Positions 46,507 through 55,667 of a stretch of DNA of 64,000 nucleotides are shown here, in pieces. Every line of letters starts with the position of its first letter. Position 1 is the stretch's first letter. Position numbers and translations under genes: made by a program. The notes beneath the pieces are model-generated. The model was not told where the DNA came from. It made no database searches and saw nothing but the letters and a program-made list of their open reading frames with translations. Source of the DNA: an uncultured Actinomycetes bacterium (GTDB taxonomy: Bacteria; Actinomycetota; Actinomycetes; Mycobacteriales; Jatrophihabitantaceae); NCBI GenBank assembly GCA_963708805.1, contig CAVPUA010000003.1:750455-814454 (forward strand), in the 5' to 3' direction.

Positions 46507-47106
46507 GTGGTCACCCCGACCGAACCGGCGCGCCGGCGCGACCCCGAGCGCCGCCAGCGAATACTGACCGCCGCGGCCGATCTGGTCGCCGAGCGGGGCT
46601 ACCACGACGTCGGCATGATCGAGATCGGCGCCGCGGCGGGCATCACCGGCTCGGCGATCTACCGGCACTTCGGCGGCAAGTCGGCCGTCCTCGTCGCGAT
46701 GTTCGACCGGGTCATCGACAATCTCGGGCGCGAGGCCGAGGAGATCGTGGCGGCCGAGACCGAACCCCGCGAGACACTGCGCCGGCTCGTACAGACGCAG
46801 GTGCAGTTCGTCCTGGACGAACGGACGCTGGCGCAGGTCTATCACCACGAGATCGCCAACCTGCCCGAGGAAGACCGCCACCGGTTGCGACGCAAGCAGC
46901 GGCTCTACATCGAGGAGTGGGTGCACGTCCTCGCCGTGCTGCGCCCGGACGTCAACGACGGGCAGCTTGCGCGCGCTCGTGCACGCATCGATCGGCGCGA
47001 TCCAGTCGCAGTTGTTCTACGAGAGCGGCTTGCCCCGAGGGCAACTCGAGCGGCTCATGTCGTCGGTGGCCGAAGAGGCACTGTTCGTACCGGCGGACGA
47101 AGCGTG
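46507..47106 (+). pseudogene. TetR-family transcriptional regulator, frame-disrupted
   Basis: The HTH is in frame 46270..48093 (GTG start at 46507). The C-terminus (...ALFVPADEA*) is in another frame ending at 47106. Confidence 0.65.
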
Positions 47107-48093
47107 ACCGCGCGCCTGGACTTCTACACCGGCAACGGGCTGCGTCTGGCCGACGCCGTGACGGTCGCGTCGATCACCGAGGCGGCCGGGCTCGGCGGGT
47201 TGTGGACGCTCGAGGCCCACACCGAGCCGTTCCTGCCGCTCGCTCTGGCCGCCGAGCACACCTCGCGCATCCGGCTCGGCACGTCCGTGGCCGTCGCGCT
47301 GGCCCGCAACCCGATGGTCGTCGCCCATCTGGCCCACGAACTCAATCGATTCGCCGCGGGCCGCTTCGAACTCGGGCTGGGGCCGCAGGTGGGCGCGCAC
47401 ATCGTGCGTCGATACGGCGAGAAGTTCGATCACCCGGCCGAACGGATGGCCGAGTTCGTCGAGGCGCTGCGAGCGATCTGGAGCACCTGGAACGACGGAT
47501 CGCCACTGCGGTTCGAGGGGCGGTTCTACCGGCACACGCTGATGACACCCGCCTTCGATCCCGGGCCGTCGGGCTTCGGCTCGCCGCGGGTGCACCTCGC
47601 CGCCGTCGGCCCGCGCATGGTCGACGTCGCGTGCCGGCTGGCCGACGGCCTCATCGCCCATCCGTTGTCGTCGCCGCGGGTGATCACCGAGCGGCTGCGT
47701 CCGGCCGTCGCCGATGCCGCCCGGCCGGACTTCCAGCTCTCGTGTCCGGTGCTCGTGATCACTGGACGCACCGACGACGAGATCGCCTCGGCCCGGCGGC
47801 AGGTGCGCAAGCAGCTGGCCTTCTACGCCTCGACGCCGTCGTATCGCTCAGTGCTCGAGCTCCACGGGGCGGGCGATGTCGCCGATCGCCTGCGCGAGTT
47901 GTCGAGGACCGGCCAATGGGACGCGATGACCGAGTTGATCAGCGACGAGTTGCTGGCCGAGTTCAGCGTCGAAGCGCCGATCGCGTCACTGGTCGCCCGT
48001 CTGCACGAGCGCTTCGACGACCTGCTCGACGTCGTCCTGATCTATGCGCCGTACGAAGTCGATCATGAGCTCTGGCTCGATCTGAACGTCTAG
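47104..48093 (+). CDS. LLM-class (luciferase-like) F420-dependent oxidoreductase
   Basis: GTG start overlapping the TetR stop. 329 aa, intact. Its TAG stop lies inside the IS481 target duplication. Confidence 0.7.
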   Translation: MTARLDFYTGNGLRLADAVTVASITEAAGLGGLWTLEAHTEPFLPLALAAEHTSRIRLGTSVAVALARNPMVVAHLAHELNRFAAGRFELGLGPQVGAHIVRRYGEKFDHPAERMAEFVEALRAIWSTWNDGSPLRFEGRFYRHTLMTPAFDPGPSGFGSPRVHLAAVGPRMVDVACRLADGLIAHPLSSPRVITERLRPAVADAARPDFQLSCPVLVITGRTDDEIASARRQVRKQLAFYASTPSYRSVLELHGAGDVADRLRELSRTGQWDAMTELISDELLAEFSVEAPIASLVARLHERFDDLLDVVLIYAPYEVDHELWLDLNV

Positions 48094-48094
48094 C

Positions 48095-49188
48095 TGTTGT
48101 GACCTGACACGTTGTGTCAGGTTGCGAGCCGGCTGGTGGGTGGGTGTCCGCCGAGGGCGGAGTGGCCGCGTCGAGTGTTGTAGTAGTGCAGGAAGCGGTC
48201 AAGGCCTTGGCGGCGGAGGTTGTTGCTGGTCCAGGGTCGGGCGTAGGCCCATTCGGTGAGCAGGGTGCGGTTGAATCGTTCGGCTTTGCCGTTGGTCCAG
48301 GGGCAGCCGGGTTTGGTGAAGCGGCGTTTGATTTGCCAGGCCGAGCAGACCCAACCCCAGTCGGTGCCGTGGCGATAGACCAGGGCGTTGTCGGTCAGAA
48401 CACGGCGCACGCGGATGCCGTGGCTGGCGAACCAGGCCAGGGCGCGGTGCAGGAACCCGGCGCTGGTCGGGTCTTTCTCGTCGGCCAGCACTTCGGAGTA
48501 GGCCAGGCGGGTGTGGTCGTCGATGGCGGTGTGGACGTAGTCGTAGCCGATCTTCGTTTTCTTGTGCCGGTTCGTGACCGACACTGCGGCGTCACGGCCG
48601 TGCAGGCGCCACCCGCCGCCGGTGGGGATCTTGCCCAGCTTCTTGACGTCGACGTGGATCATCGCGCCGGGACTGGGATGCTCGTAGCGGTTTTCGCTGC
48701 GCCGGGAGGCCCGGACCCGCTCGCCGGTGATCGGGTCGATCGCCGCCAGATGCGGTACCTGGTGGCGGGCCAGGATCCGGCCGACCGTCGAGGCGTTCAG
48801 GCCGAGCTCGGCCGCGAGCACGACCGCTCCTCGCTTGCGTCGCCGCCGCGCGCTCAGAACACGCTGCTCGATCCGTTTTGGGGTACGAGCCGGCATCCGC
48901 CGCGGCCGCGAAGAACGATCGCGCAGCCCACCATCACCGCCCTCAGCGAAGCGACGAACCCACTTGTTCACGGTGGCGCGTGAGACGCCCAGTTGCTCGG
49001 CGACATGAGCTGGCGGCCAACCCGCCGCCACACGATCGACCATCAACCTGCGCGAGAACGGCGTCGTACGAGCGTTAGCGTGAGCCATAGAGGACCTCCT
49101 GCGGGTGAATGCCTAGACACATCCACTCCGTCAGGAGGTCCTCCCACGATCAAGCAGGCTCGCCGTAACAACCTCTCGGGTCACGACA
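48095..49188 (-). mobile_element. IS481-family insertion sequence, 1094 bp, with 6-bp target-site duplication TCTAGC
   Basis: Imperfect terminal inverted repeats (TGTGACC...GTTGT at both ends). An identical TCTAGC flanks both ends at 48089-48094 and 49189-49194. The internal GC content is lower than the surroundings. Confidence 0.8.
48117..49088 (-). CDS. IS481-family DDE transposase
   Basis: Intact 323 aa with an N-terminal HTH and an rve integrase core (the typical IS481 DDE triad region). Confidence 0.85.
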   Translation of the reverse strand: MAHANARTTPFSRRLMVDRVAAGWPPAHVAEQLGVSRATVNKWVRRFAEGGDGGLRDRSSRPRRMPARTPKRIEQRVLSARRRRKRGAVVLAAELGLNASTVGRILARHQVPHLAAIDPITGERVRASRRSENRYEHPSPGAMIHVDVKKLGKIPTGGGWRLHGRDAAVSVTNRHKKTKIGYDYVHTAIDDHTRLAYSEVLADEKDPTSAGFLHRALAWFASHGIRVRRVLTDNALVYRHGTDWGWVCSAWQIKRRFTKPGCPWTNGKAERFNRTLLTEWAYARPWTSNNLRRQGLDRFLHYYNTRRGHSALGGHPPTSRLAT

Positions 49189-49189
49189 T

Positions 49190-49960
49190 CTAGCCCCGCC
49201 ACTTCGGGCCGCGTCCGAGCCGGATCGGTCCGGTCGCGGCGGCGAGTTCGATCGGCTGGCCGCGCTGGGTGATGCGCAGGACGCCCGCGACCCGCAGCGC
49301 TTCGGCGACCGAGCGCGACTGCTCCATCGCCTCGCGCCCCGACACTCCGAAGACGACGCGGGCGGCGTCACTCGGGCAGATCGTCGCCTCGGCCGGTCGG
49401 TGGCGCAGCAGAGCGCGCATGGCTGCCGCCAGGCGAGTTCGCCGCCCGTCGGCCGTCGACGGTTCCCACCACGGTTCGCCCCGTTCTCCGAGAGCGGTTG
49501 CCGCGTCGTCCACGCGCGTCGTCGCGCTGAGGTCCCCGTGGTCGATCGCGCGCCGCGCGCTGGCCAGCTCCGCGAGCAACTCCCCGCGCAGTTGCTTGGG
49601 GATGCCGGGATCGCCACCGGCGTCGGGGGGTTCGAGTGGGCCGACGTCCACGCACGGCTCCGCGGTGGCCCGGCTCGCATCGATCACCGGTCGGCGCAGT
49701 CGGCGACGCTCGTCGTCGTCGAGTCCGCCCCAGACGCCTTCGTAGCCGTTGGCGAGCGCGCTCTCCCGGCAGCGATCGATCACCGGGCAGCGCGCGCAGA
49801 TCGCCTTGGCGGCCGCGACCTGAGCCAGCGCCAGCCGACCCGACCCGACGGGGAAGAACAGCTCGGGGTCCTCGTCGAGACAAGCGGCCCGCCCACGCCA
49901 GTTGCCGCGCAGTTCGTCGACATCGCGAGAGCGGGCCCGAGTGCCCAGTGGTCGGGTCAT
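49190..49960 (-). CDS. WhiB-like (Wbl) Fe-S transcription factor fused to a C-terminal DUF3253-like domain
   Basis: Internal ATG MTRPLG. Wbl cysteine pattern (C...CxxC...C: CLDEDPELFFP, CARCPVIDRC) and GVWGG turn. The C-terminal roughly 90 aa are DUF3253-like (ICPSDAARVV...GPIRLGRGP). The TAG stop lies inside the IS481 target duplication. Confidence 0.55.
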   Translation of the reverse strand: MTRPLGTRARSRDVDELRGNWRGRAACLDEDPELFFPVGSGRLALAQVAAAKAICARCPVIDRCRESALANGYEGVWGGLDDDERRRLRRPVIDASRATAEPCVDVGPLEPPDAGGDPGIPKQLRGELLAELASARRAIDHGDLSATTRVDDAATALGERGEPWWEPSTADGRRTRLAAAMRALLRHRPAEATICPSDAARVVFGVSGREAMEQSRSVAEALRVAGVLRITQRGQPIELAAATGPIRLGRGPKWRG

Positions 49961-50645
49961 GGCTCGAGCGCCCGCGCCCGGAGACGACGGACTCCGACCA
50001 GGACTAGCACCGCCGACCCGACGCCCAGGAGCAGGCGGCGAGGCAGCGAGGTGAGCACGGCCGACCCGATTGCGATCGGGTGGCCGAACTCGACGTGGGG
50101 GCTGCCGGTGGCGATCCGCCCGCTGGTGGAGCCGCGACCGCGTCCGAGCTGAACGACGGTCCCGCGTGAGCCGGTGACCTCGACGGACAAGCCGGCGCCA
50201 TCGAGCGCGGTGGCGGCCTGGGTGATCACGGTCCGGGCCGACGCCCGGGACCCGACGGACCGCACCGCTCGCGCGGTCTCCGCCCACAGCGCCGACGCGT
50301 CGTCGGTGACGAGCCGCAGGTGGGTGCCGTCGGCGAGCAGGCGGGCATGGTGCGCGCCCACCTGGATGTCCAGGTCTGAGCTCACCTCGAACTCGCCGCC
50401 GGTGTCGCTCACCCTCGGGCTGCGCCTTCGGACGTGGTGATGCGGAGCGTGCCGTTGAGCTTCCAGGTGGCGCGGGGCGAGTCCGGGCCGGTTTCGCGCG
50501 GCACCTCGACCGACATGTCGACGAACTGGTAGTCGATGGCGGCGCCCTTTCCGGTCAGGTAGGCCCACATCTCCTTGCCAAAGTCGGCGAAGCTGCTGCT
50601 GTCGTGGTTCTTGACGTCGCGGGCACCGGTTGCGGTGTCGGTCAT
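49957..50645 (-). pseudogene. hypothetical protein with beta-strand-repeat (DUF4097-like) region and C-terminal TM segment, frame-disrupted
   Basis: Strong RBS GGAGAAGGAG before the ATG at 50645. N-terminal and C-terminal halves are in different frames, with a shift at about 50420. Confidence 0.35.
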
Positions 50646-50756
50646 GATTGATCTCCTTCTCCTGGGTGGTTCGGCGGCCGCCAGCCGGATGGTCGGCGGC
50701 CGCCGACACACCCTTGCTACCCATGATGAATCAGAATCAAGCATGAACGCGCTAAT

Positions 50757-51572
50757 GTGAGCAAAAATGAGCAGGAGCGAGCGTTGTTGATCCCGGACCG
50801 GCACCGACTGCTGCTCGATCAGTTGCGCGCGACCGGATCGGGCGAGGTGAGCGAGCTGGCCGTCCGGCTGGGCGTCAGCCCGTCGACGGTGCGGCGCGAC
50901 CTGACCGAGCTGGAAGCCGAGGGCCGGCTCAAGCGGACGCAAGGCGGCGCGTATCTGGACGATCGCGAACCGGGCCGGCCATCCAGCGACGCCAACGCCA
51001 ACTCCAACTCCAACGCCAACGCGGACGCCAATGCCAACGCGGACGCCAAGCTACGCATCGGCGCCGCCGCGTCCGCCCTCATCGGTGACGGCGCGACGGT
51101 GATGATCTTGGCGGGCTCGACGACGGCAGCGATGTTGCCCCACCTGGCCGACCGATCCATCACCGTCGTCACCAACGGACTGGACATCGCATATGCCCTG
51201 GCCGCCTATCCGCGTATCTCCTTGGTGATGCTGGGCGGCGTGCTCCACCGCGAGCAGATGACGTTGCTCGGTGCGATGACCGAGCAGAACATGGCCGACT
51301 TCCAGGTCGACCTGATGTTCGCCGGCGCCTACGGGGTGCACCCCCGGGCCGGTGTGACCGGAAGCAAGCCGATCGCCGCCTCGTATCACCATTCGATGCT
51401 CGAGCACACCGAGAAGCTGGTCGTACTGGCCGATTCGAGCAAGTTGGGACGACGCGGCCCGACCCGGCTGGCCACGGTCGACCAGGTCGATCGGTTGATC
51501 ACCGACGCGGCCGCCCCGGCGGCCCTGATCGAGCGGTTGCGGGACGCCGGCGCTCGCGTCGAGGTCTGCTGA
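50757..51572 (+). CDS. DeoR/GlpR-family transcriptional regulator with low-complexity (ANANSN) linker insertion
   Basis: N-terminal HTH_DeoR, C-terminal DeoRC sugar-binding domain, and an internal (GCCAAC)n-like hexanucleotide repeat at 50991-51047. Confidence 0.8.
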   Translation: MSKNEQERALLIPDRHRLLLDQLRATGSGEVSELAVRLGVSPSTVRRDLTELEAEGRLKRTQGGAYLDDREPGRPSSDANANSNSNANADANANADAKLRIGAAASALIGDGATVMILAGSTTAAMLPHLADRSITVVTNGLDIAYALAAYPRISLVMLGGVLHREQMTLLGAMTEQNMADFQVDLMFAGAYGVHPRAGVTGSKPIAASYHHSMLEHTEKLVVLADSSKLGRRGPTRLATVDQVDRLITDAAAPAALIERLRDAGARVEVC

Positions 51573-51584
51573 GCCGATCGGGCG

Positions 51585-51863
51585 TTACTTCGTCAGACGC
51601 AGTTTGGGGCACACCTCGCGGCCGCACGTCCGGCAGTGCGATCCGCGGCCGTAGTGCTCGTGGGTGCGCCGTCGGCAGCCACACGTGCACCGGCCCTCGT
51701 CGGACTGGTCCGTTTCGCGATTCGGCGTGCGCGAGGGGGCCGAGCGACCGTCGGTGGAGACTTCGAGCACTACCAGTGAGCAGAACAGCCACAGCACCGT
51801 AAAAACGGCAAACGACATCCAACCTACTTCCGCGATGTCCGGAAGGACGGAGAATGTGTGCAT
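51585..51863 (-). CDS. small membrane protein with C-terminal double CxxC zinc-ribbon
   Basis: 92 aa. RBS GAGGGGAA. TM helix followed by CTCGC...CRTCG. Adjacent to a low-GC intergenic island. Confidence 0.4.
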   Translation of the reverse strand: MHTFSVLPDIAEVGWMSFAVFTVLWLFCSLVVLEVSTDGRSAPSRTPNRETDQSDEGRCTCGCRRRTHEHYGRGSHCRTCGREVCPKLRLTK

Positions 51864-52115
51864 GGCGGTTCCCCTCTGTTACTTCACGTGTGCTATGTGT
51901 TAAGATATGCTAGACAGACACAGCAAGGCAATACAGCAATAAGCCTGAAGTCCGACGTGAAATACGTGCTAGAAAATTTCCACAAAGACGTTCAGTCGGC
52001 GTCAGATGTGGGAAGACCGCTTCGTGGAGGGACGGCGGCCTGAATCCGGGTCGCTACCACCGTGACCGGCAGCCATGGCGCCGCCGGGTCGCAGCCATCC
52101 AGCTGGAGGTCGATC

Positions 52116-52523
52116 GTGCCCGTGTCATGCCCCCCGTCACGCCCGGCCAGCCGCCTGGCGGTCGGCGATCGCGTGATCATCGGCGATGGCCCCGCCTCGG
52201 GGATGGTCGGTGAGCTCGCGGGCGTCGACTTCGACACCGACTTCGCCCAGGTCCGCGTGATGATCCCCGTTCCCTGGGGTCTGCGACCGGGCACGGCCGT
52301 CGTCACGGCCGGCGCACTGCGTCCAGCCCGTCCTCGGCTCGACGAGCTGATCGAGCCGGTTGCCATGCCCCGGCGGGGACGCCCGCGGGTCATCAGCGAG
52401 GAGACCGTCGAGAAGATCGAGCGGCTGTACGAGACCGGGATCTACTCGCACGCCGACATCGCCGGCATCGTCGGCGTCAGCAAGAGCAGCGTGACGTCCT
52501 ACCTCAAGCGGCGCAGCGACTGA
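52116..52523 (+). CDS. hypothetical protein with C-terminal resolvase/transposase-type HTH
   Basis: GTG start after GGAGG. C-terminal RGRPRVISEETVEKIERLYETGIYSHADIAGIVGVSKSSVTSYLKRR. Confidence 0.4.
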   Translation: MPVSCPPSRPASRLAVGDRVIIGDGPASGMVGELAGVDFDTDFAQVRVMIPVPWGLRPGTAVVTAGALRPARPRLDELIEPVAMPRRGRPRVISEETVEKIERLYETGIYSHADIAGIVGVSKSSVTSYLKRRSD

Positions 52524-52547
52524 TCTCGAGGCGTTCCGGGCGTCCGC

Positions 52548-52985
52548 TCACCGAGGCGGTTCGCCGACGCTCCGGCCGCCCCACTCCTCGGGAGCGATGT
52601 CGGCCAGTGTCTCGGAGAACGTCCACCGATGGCCGGCGAGATCGAGCGCGCCGTACTGGCGCTCGCCGTAGGGAAAATCGGTCGGCTCCATGACGATGCG
52701 CGCGCCGAAGTCCTGGGCCCGCCGGTAGTGGGAGGCGACATCGGCGACCCGCACCATGACCGACGCCGACACGTCGCCCGCAGACGGCGCCACGCGTTCG
52801 CCGCCGACATCCGCCACGATGATCGCCCCGTCGGCGAACGACAACTGGGCCCGGTGATCGTCGCCGATGCGCACCCGTTCGGTGAACCCGAACGCACCCT
52901 CGAGCCACCTGACCGCGGCACGGACGTCCGGATAGGTCAGCACCGGGATCACCGTCGCTGACGGGATCGAGCGATTGCTCTTCAC
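52548..52985 (-). CDS. VOC-family (glyoxalase/bleomycin-resistance fold) protein
   Basis: Intact 145 aa with a typical glyoxalase-like fold. Confidence 0.65.
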   Translation of the reverse strand: MKSNRSIPSATVIPVLTYPDVRAAVRWLEGAFGFTERVRIGDDHRAQLSFADGAIIVADVGGERVAPSAGDVSASVMVRVADVASHYRRAQDFGARIVMEPTDFPYGERQYGALDLAGHRWTFSETLADIAPEEWGGRSVGEPPR

Positions 52986-53036
52986 GACTCCACCCTCTTC
53001 ACGGCTCCAACCTAGGCCGAGCGGACGGCGGCCACA

Positions 53037-53291
53037 TCACTTCCAGCGGAAGTGGACGAAGACCCGTCCGAAGTTGTCCGAGTCCTTCTCGACGCGGTGA
53101 TAGAGGGCCTTCACCTCTTTACGATCGAGGAAGCGGAGAACGCGCTTCTTCAACTGGCCCGAGCCCTTGCCGGGGATGATCTCGACCAGCGGGGCCTTCT
53201 TGGCCACCGCTTCGTCGATGATCGACTTCAGTGCGCGCTCGATGTCGTCACCGCGGTTGTAGATGTCGTGCAGGTCCAGCTTGAGCTTCAC
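53037..53291 (-). CDS. stand-alone Smr-domain protein
   Basis: GTG start after GGAGGA. KLDLHDIY...IIPGKGSGQLKKRV matches the Smr domain (LDLHG...HGKG). Codon GC is lower than in neighbouring genes. Confidence 0.55.
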   Translation of the reverse strand: MKLKLDLHDIYNRGDDIERALKSIIDEAVAKKAPLVEIIPGKGSGQLKKRVLRFLDRKEVKALYHRVEKDSDNFGRVFVHFRWK

Positions 53292-53390
53292 GCCGTCATC
53301 GTCCTCCGGGGCCGCGACGGCGCTCGCGGCAGGAGCAAGATGATCGAGTCGGCCCGGCTCGAGAGGATCAGGCGCGTGGAGATGTTGGCG

Positions 53391-54038
53391 ATGACCGACA
53401 GCGTGTGCGGGGATTTCTTGCGACTCGCTCTGGACGCCGACTCGGGCAAGCTCCGGCACACGGGAGTATTGGCCGAGGCGATGCGCGGCGCGCTGCTCAT
53501 CGACCTCGCTCGAGCGGGGCGGCTGAACGAGAACGGCCCCGGCGCCCAGGTCGACACCACGCCCACTGGGTTCGGCCTGGCCGACGAGCTGATCCGTGCC
53601 GTCGAGGAGCACCCGACTCGCAACCTGCGGATCTGGATGCAGCGCGGGGTGCCGCACCTGCACGAGTTCATCGCCGAGCTCGTGGCCGACGGCTTCTGGA
53701 CGGTCGAGCGGCGAGATCTGACGCTGGCCGCCCACTACCGCGACAGCAGCGCGGCGCGGTACCAAGCGCTCTTCGAGGCGATCGCCGCGGTCGTCCGCGG
53801 TGAGCACGCGCCGGCCGACCCACGGCAGGCGGCGCTGGCCGCACTCGCCACCGTCACCAGCCTCGTCGATCCCGGTCCGAGCCTGCAGCATCCGAGCCCA
53901 GCACTGCTCGAAGCCAGCGGTGACCTGCGCTGGATCACCACCCAGGTCACCGACTTCCTGCTCGACGCCCAGGCCGAGGACGGCGCGGCGGGAGCCGCGA
54001 ACACGATCACGACGGGGATTCAGCTCGGCTCGATCTGA
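53391..54038 (+). CDS. GPP34/GOLPH3-family protein
   Basis: MTDSVCGDFLRLALDADSGKL...ALLIDLARAGRL matches the family N-terminus. The alternative upstream ATG at 53340 is less likely given RBS spacing. Confidence 0.55.
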   Translation: MTDSVCGDFLRLALDADSGKLRHTGVLAEAMRGALLIDLARAGRLNENGPGAQVDTTPTGFGLADELIRAVEEHPTRNLRIWMQRGVPHLHEFIAELVADGFWTVERRDLTLAAHYRDSSAARYQALFEAIAAVVRGEHAPADPRQAALAALATVTSLVDPGPSLQHPSPALLEASGDLRWITTQVTDFLLDAQAEDGAAGAANTITTGIQLGSI

Positions 54039-54247
54039 CTCGTTCCCCGGTGTTCATCCAGTCGTTCGAGGGTCAGCGCCATGGGCGACGACCCGTTTGC
54101 GGGGCTGTTGCGCGATCCCGACCTCGGAGTGCTGAAGGCGATGCCCGTGCAGGAATCCGGTCCGCCGCGCCGGGCGCTGCGCGGGATGGGCCGCTGACGG
54201 GACGACGTCCTGACCGATCTCGTCGGCGGCACGGCATAGTTGGGGTC

Positions 54248-55651
54248 ATGGCTCTTCGTGGTGGTGCCGTCCCTTCTCGTTCGCCCCGAGCTCCACGGGA
54301 GACCGACCCGTTCGCGGGCATGGCCAACCCGGCGCTCGAACGCGAGATCAATCCGCCGATGCGTGCTCTGGCCCACGATGCCGTGCCGCCCGACGTGGCC
54401 TACCAGTTGGTGCACGACGAACTCCTGCTCGACGGCAGCGCCCGGCTGAACCTCGCGACCTTCGTCACCACGTGGATGGAGCCGCAGGCGGCCCAGTTGA
54501 TGGCCGAGTCGCTCGACAAGAACATGATCGACAAGGACGAGTACCCGCAGACGGCGGCGATCGAGAACCGGTGCGTGGCGATCCTGTCGAACCTGTGGCA
54601 CGCGCCTGACCCCGAGGTCGCGACCGGTTGTTCGACGACCGGGTCCAGCGAAGCCTGCATGCTGGCCGGCATGGCCCTCAAGCACCGCTGGGCCGCTCGG
54701 GTCGGCGCCGACTCGGGCCGCAAGCCCAACCTGGTGATGGGTGCGAACGTCCAGGTCTGCTGGGAGAAGTTCTGCCGATACTGGGACGTCGAACCGCGTC
54801 TGGTACCCGTCGAGGGCGATCGGCTGCACCTGGGCGCCGAGCAGGCAGTGGCCCGGTGCGACGAGAACACCATCGGCGTCGTCGCCATCCTCGGCTCGAC
54901 CTTCGACGGTAGTTACGAGCCGGTCGCCGAGATCTCGGCCGCTCTGGACGAGCTGGTCGCGCGGGGCGGACCCGACATCCCGATCCATGTCGACGCGGCA
55001 TCGGGCGGCATGATCGCCCCGTTCCTCGACCCCGATCTCGTGTGGGACTTCCGGCTGCCGCGTGTCGCGTCGATCAACACGTCCGGACACAAGTACGGAC
55101 TGGTCTACCCGGGCGTCGGCTGGGCCGTCTGGCGTGACGCCGAGGCGCTGCCGCAGGAGCTCGTGTTCGACGTCAACTACCTGGGCGGCAACATGCCGAC
55201 GTTCGCGTTGAACTTCTCGCGTCCGGGCTCCGAGATCATCGCGCAGTACTACACGTTCTTCCGCCTCGGCCGCGCCGGCTATGTCGCTGTCCAACAGGCG
55301 TGCCGGGACGTGGCGACCTCACTGGCCGAGCAGATCGCGAACCTCGGCCCGTACCGGTTGATCACCCGCGGCGACCAGTTGCCGGTCTTCGCGTTCACCA
55401 CCGATCCGGACGTGCAGGCCTGGGACGTCTTCGCGGTGTCGCGGGGGTTGCGCGAGCACGGGTGGCAGGTCCCGGCCTACACGTTCCCCGCCGAGCGAAC
55501 CGATCTCGCCGTGCTGCGAATAGTGTGCCGCAACGGCTTCTCGCGCGACCTGGCCGACCTCTTCCTGCGTGACCTGATCGCCGTCACCGACACGTTGCAG
55601 ACCGACGTCGCCAAGGTCGGGAGCAGCGGCCCGCCGTCGTTTCATCACTGA
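54248..55651 (+). CDS. gadB: glutamate decarboxylase (PLP-dependent)
   Basis: Strong GAD-family similarity (RLNLATFVTTWMEPQA, NTSGHKYGLVYPGVGW). The ATG at 54248 is chosen within ORF frame 54050..55651. Confidence 0.85.
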   Translation: MALRGGAVPSRSPRAPRETDPFAGMANPALEREINPPMRALAHDAVPPDVAYQLVHDELLLDGSARLNLATFVTTWMEPQAAQLMAESLDKNMIDKDEYPQTAAIENRCVAILSNLWHAPDPEVATGCSTTGSSEACMLAGMALKHRWAARVGADSGRKPNLVMGANVQVCWEKFCRYWDVEPRLVPVEGDRLHLGAEQAVARCDENTIGVVAILGSTFDGSYEPVAEISAALDELVARGGPDIPIHVDAASGGMIAPFLDPDLVWDFRLPRVASINTSGHKYGLVYPGVGWAVWRDAEALPQELVFDVNYLGGNMPTFALNFSRPGSEIIAQYYTFFRLGRAGYVAVQQACRDVATSLAEQIANLGPYRLITRGDQLPVFAFTTDPDVQAWDVFAVSRGLREHGWQVPAYTFPAERTDLAVLRIVCRNGFSRDLADLFLRDLIAVTDTLQTDVAKVGSSGPPSFHH

Positions 55652-55667
55652 CCAGTCAGTGACCCCA

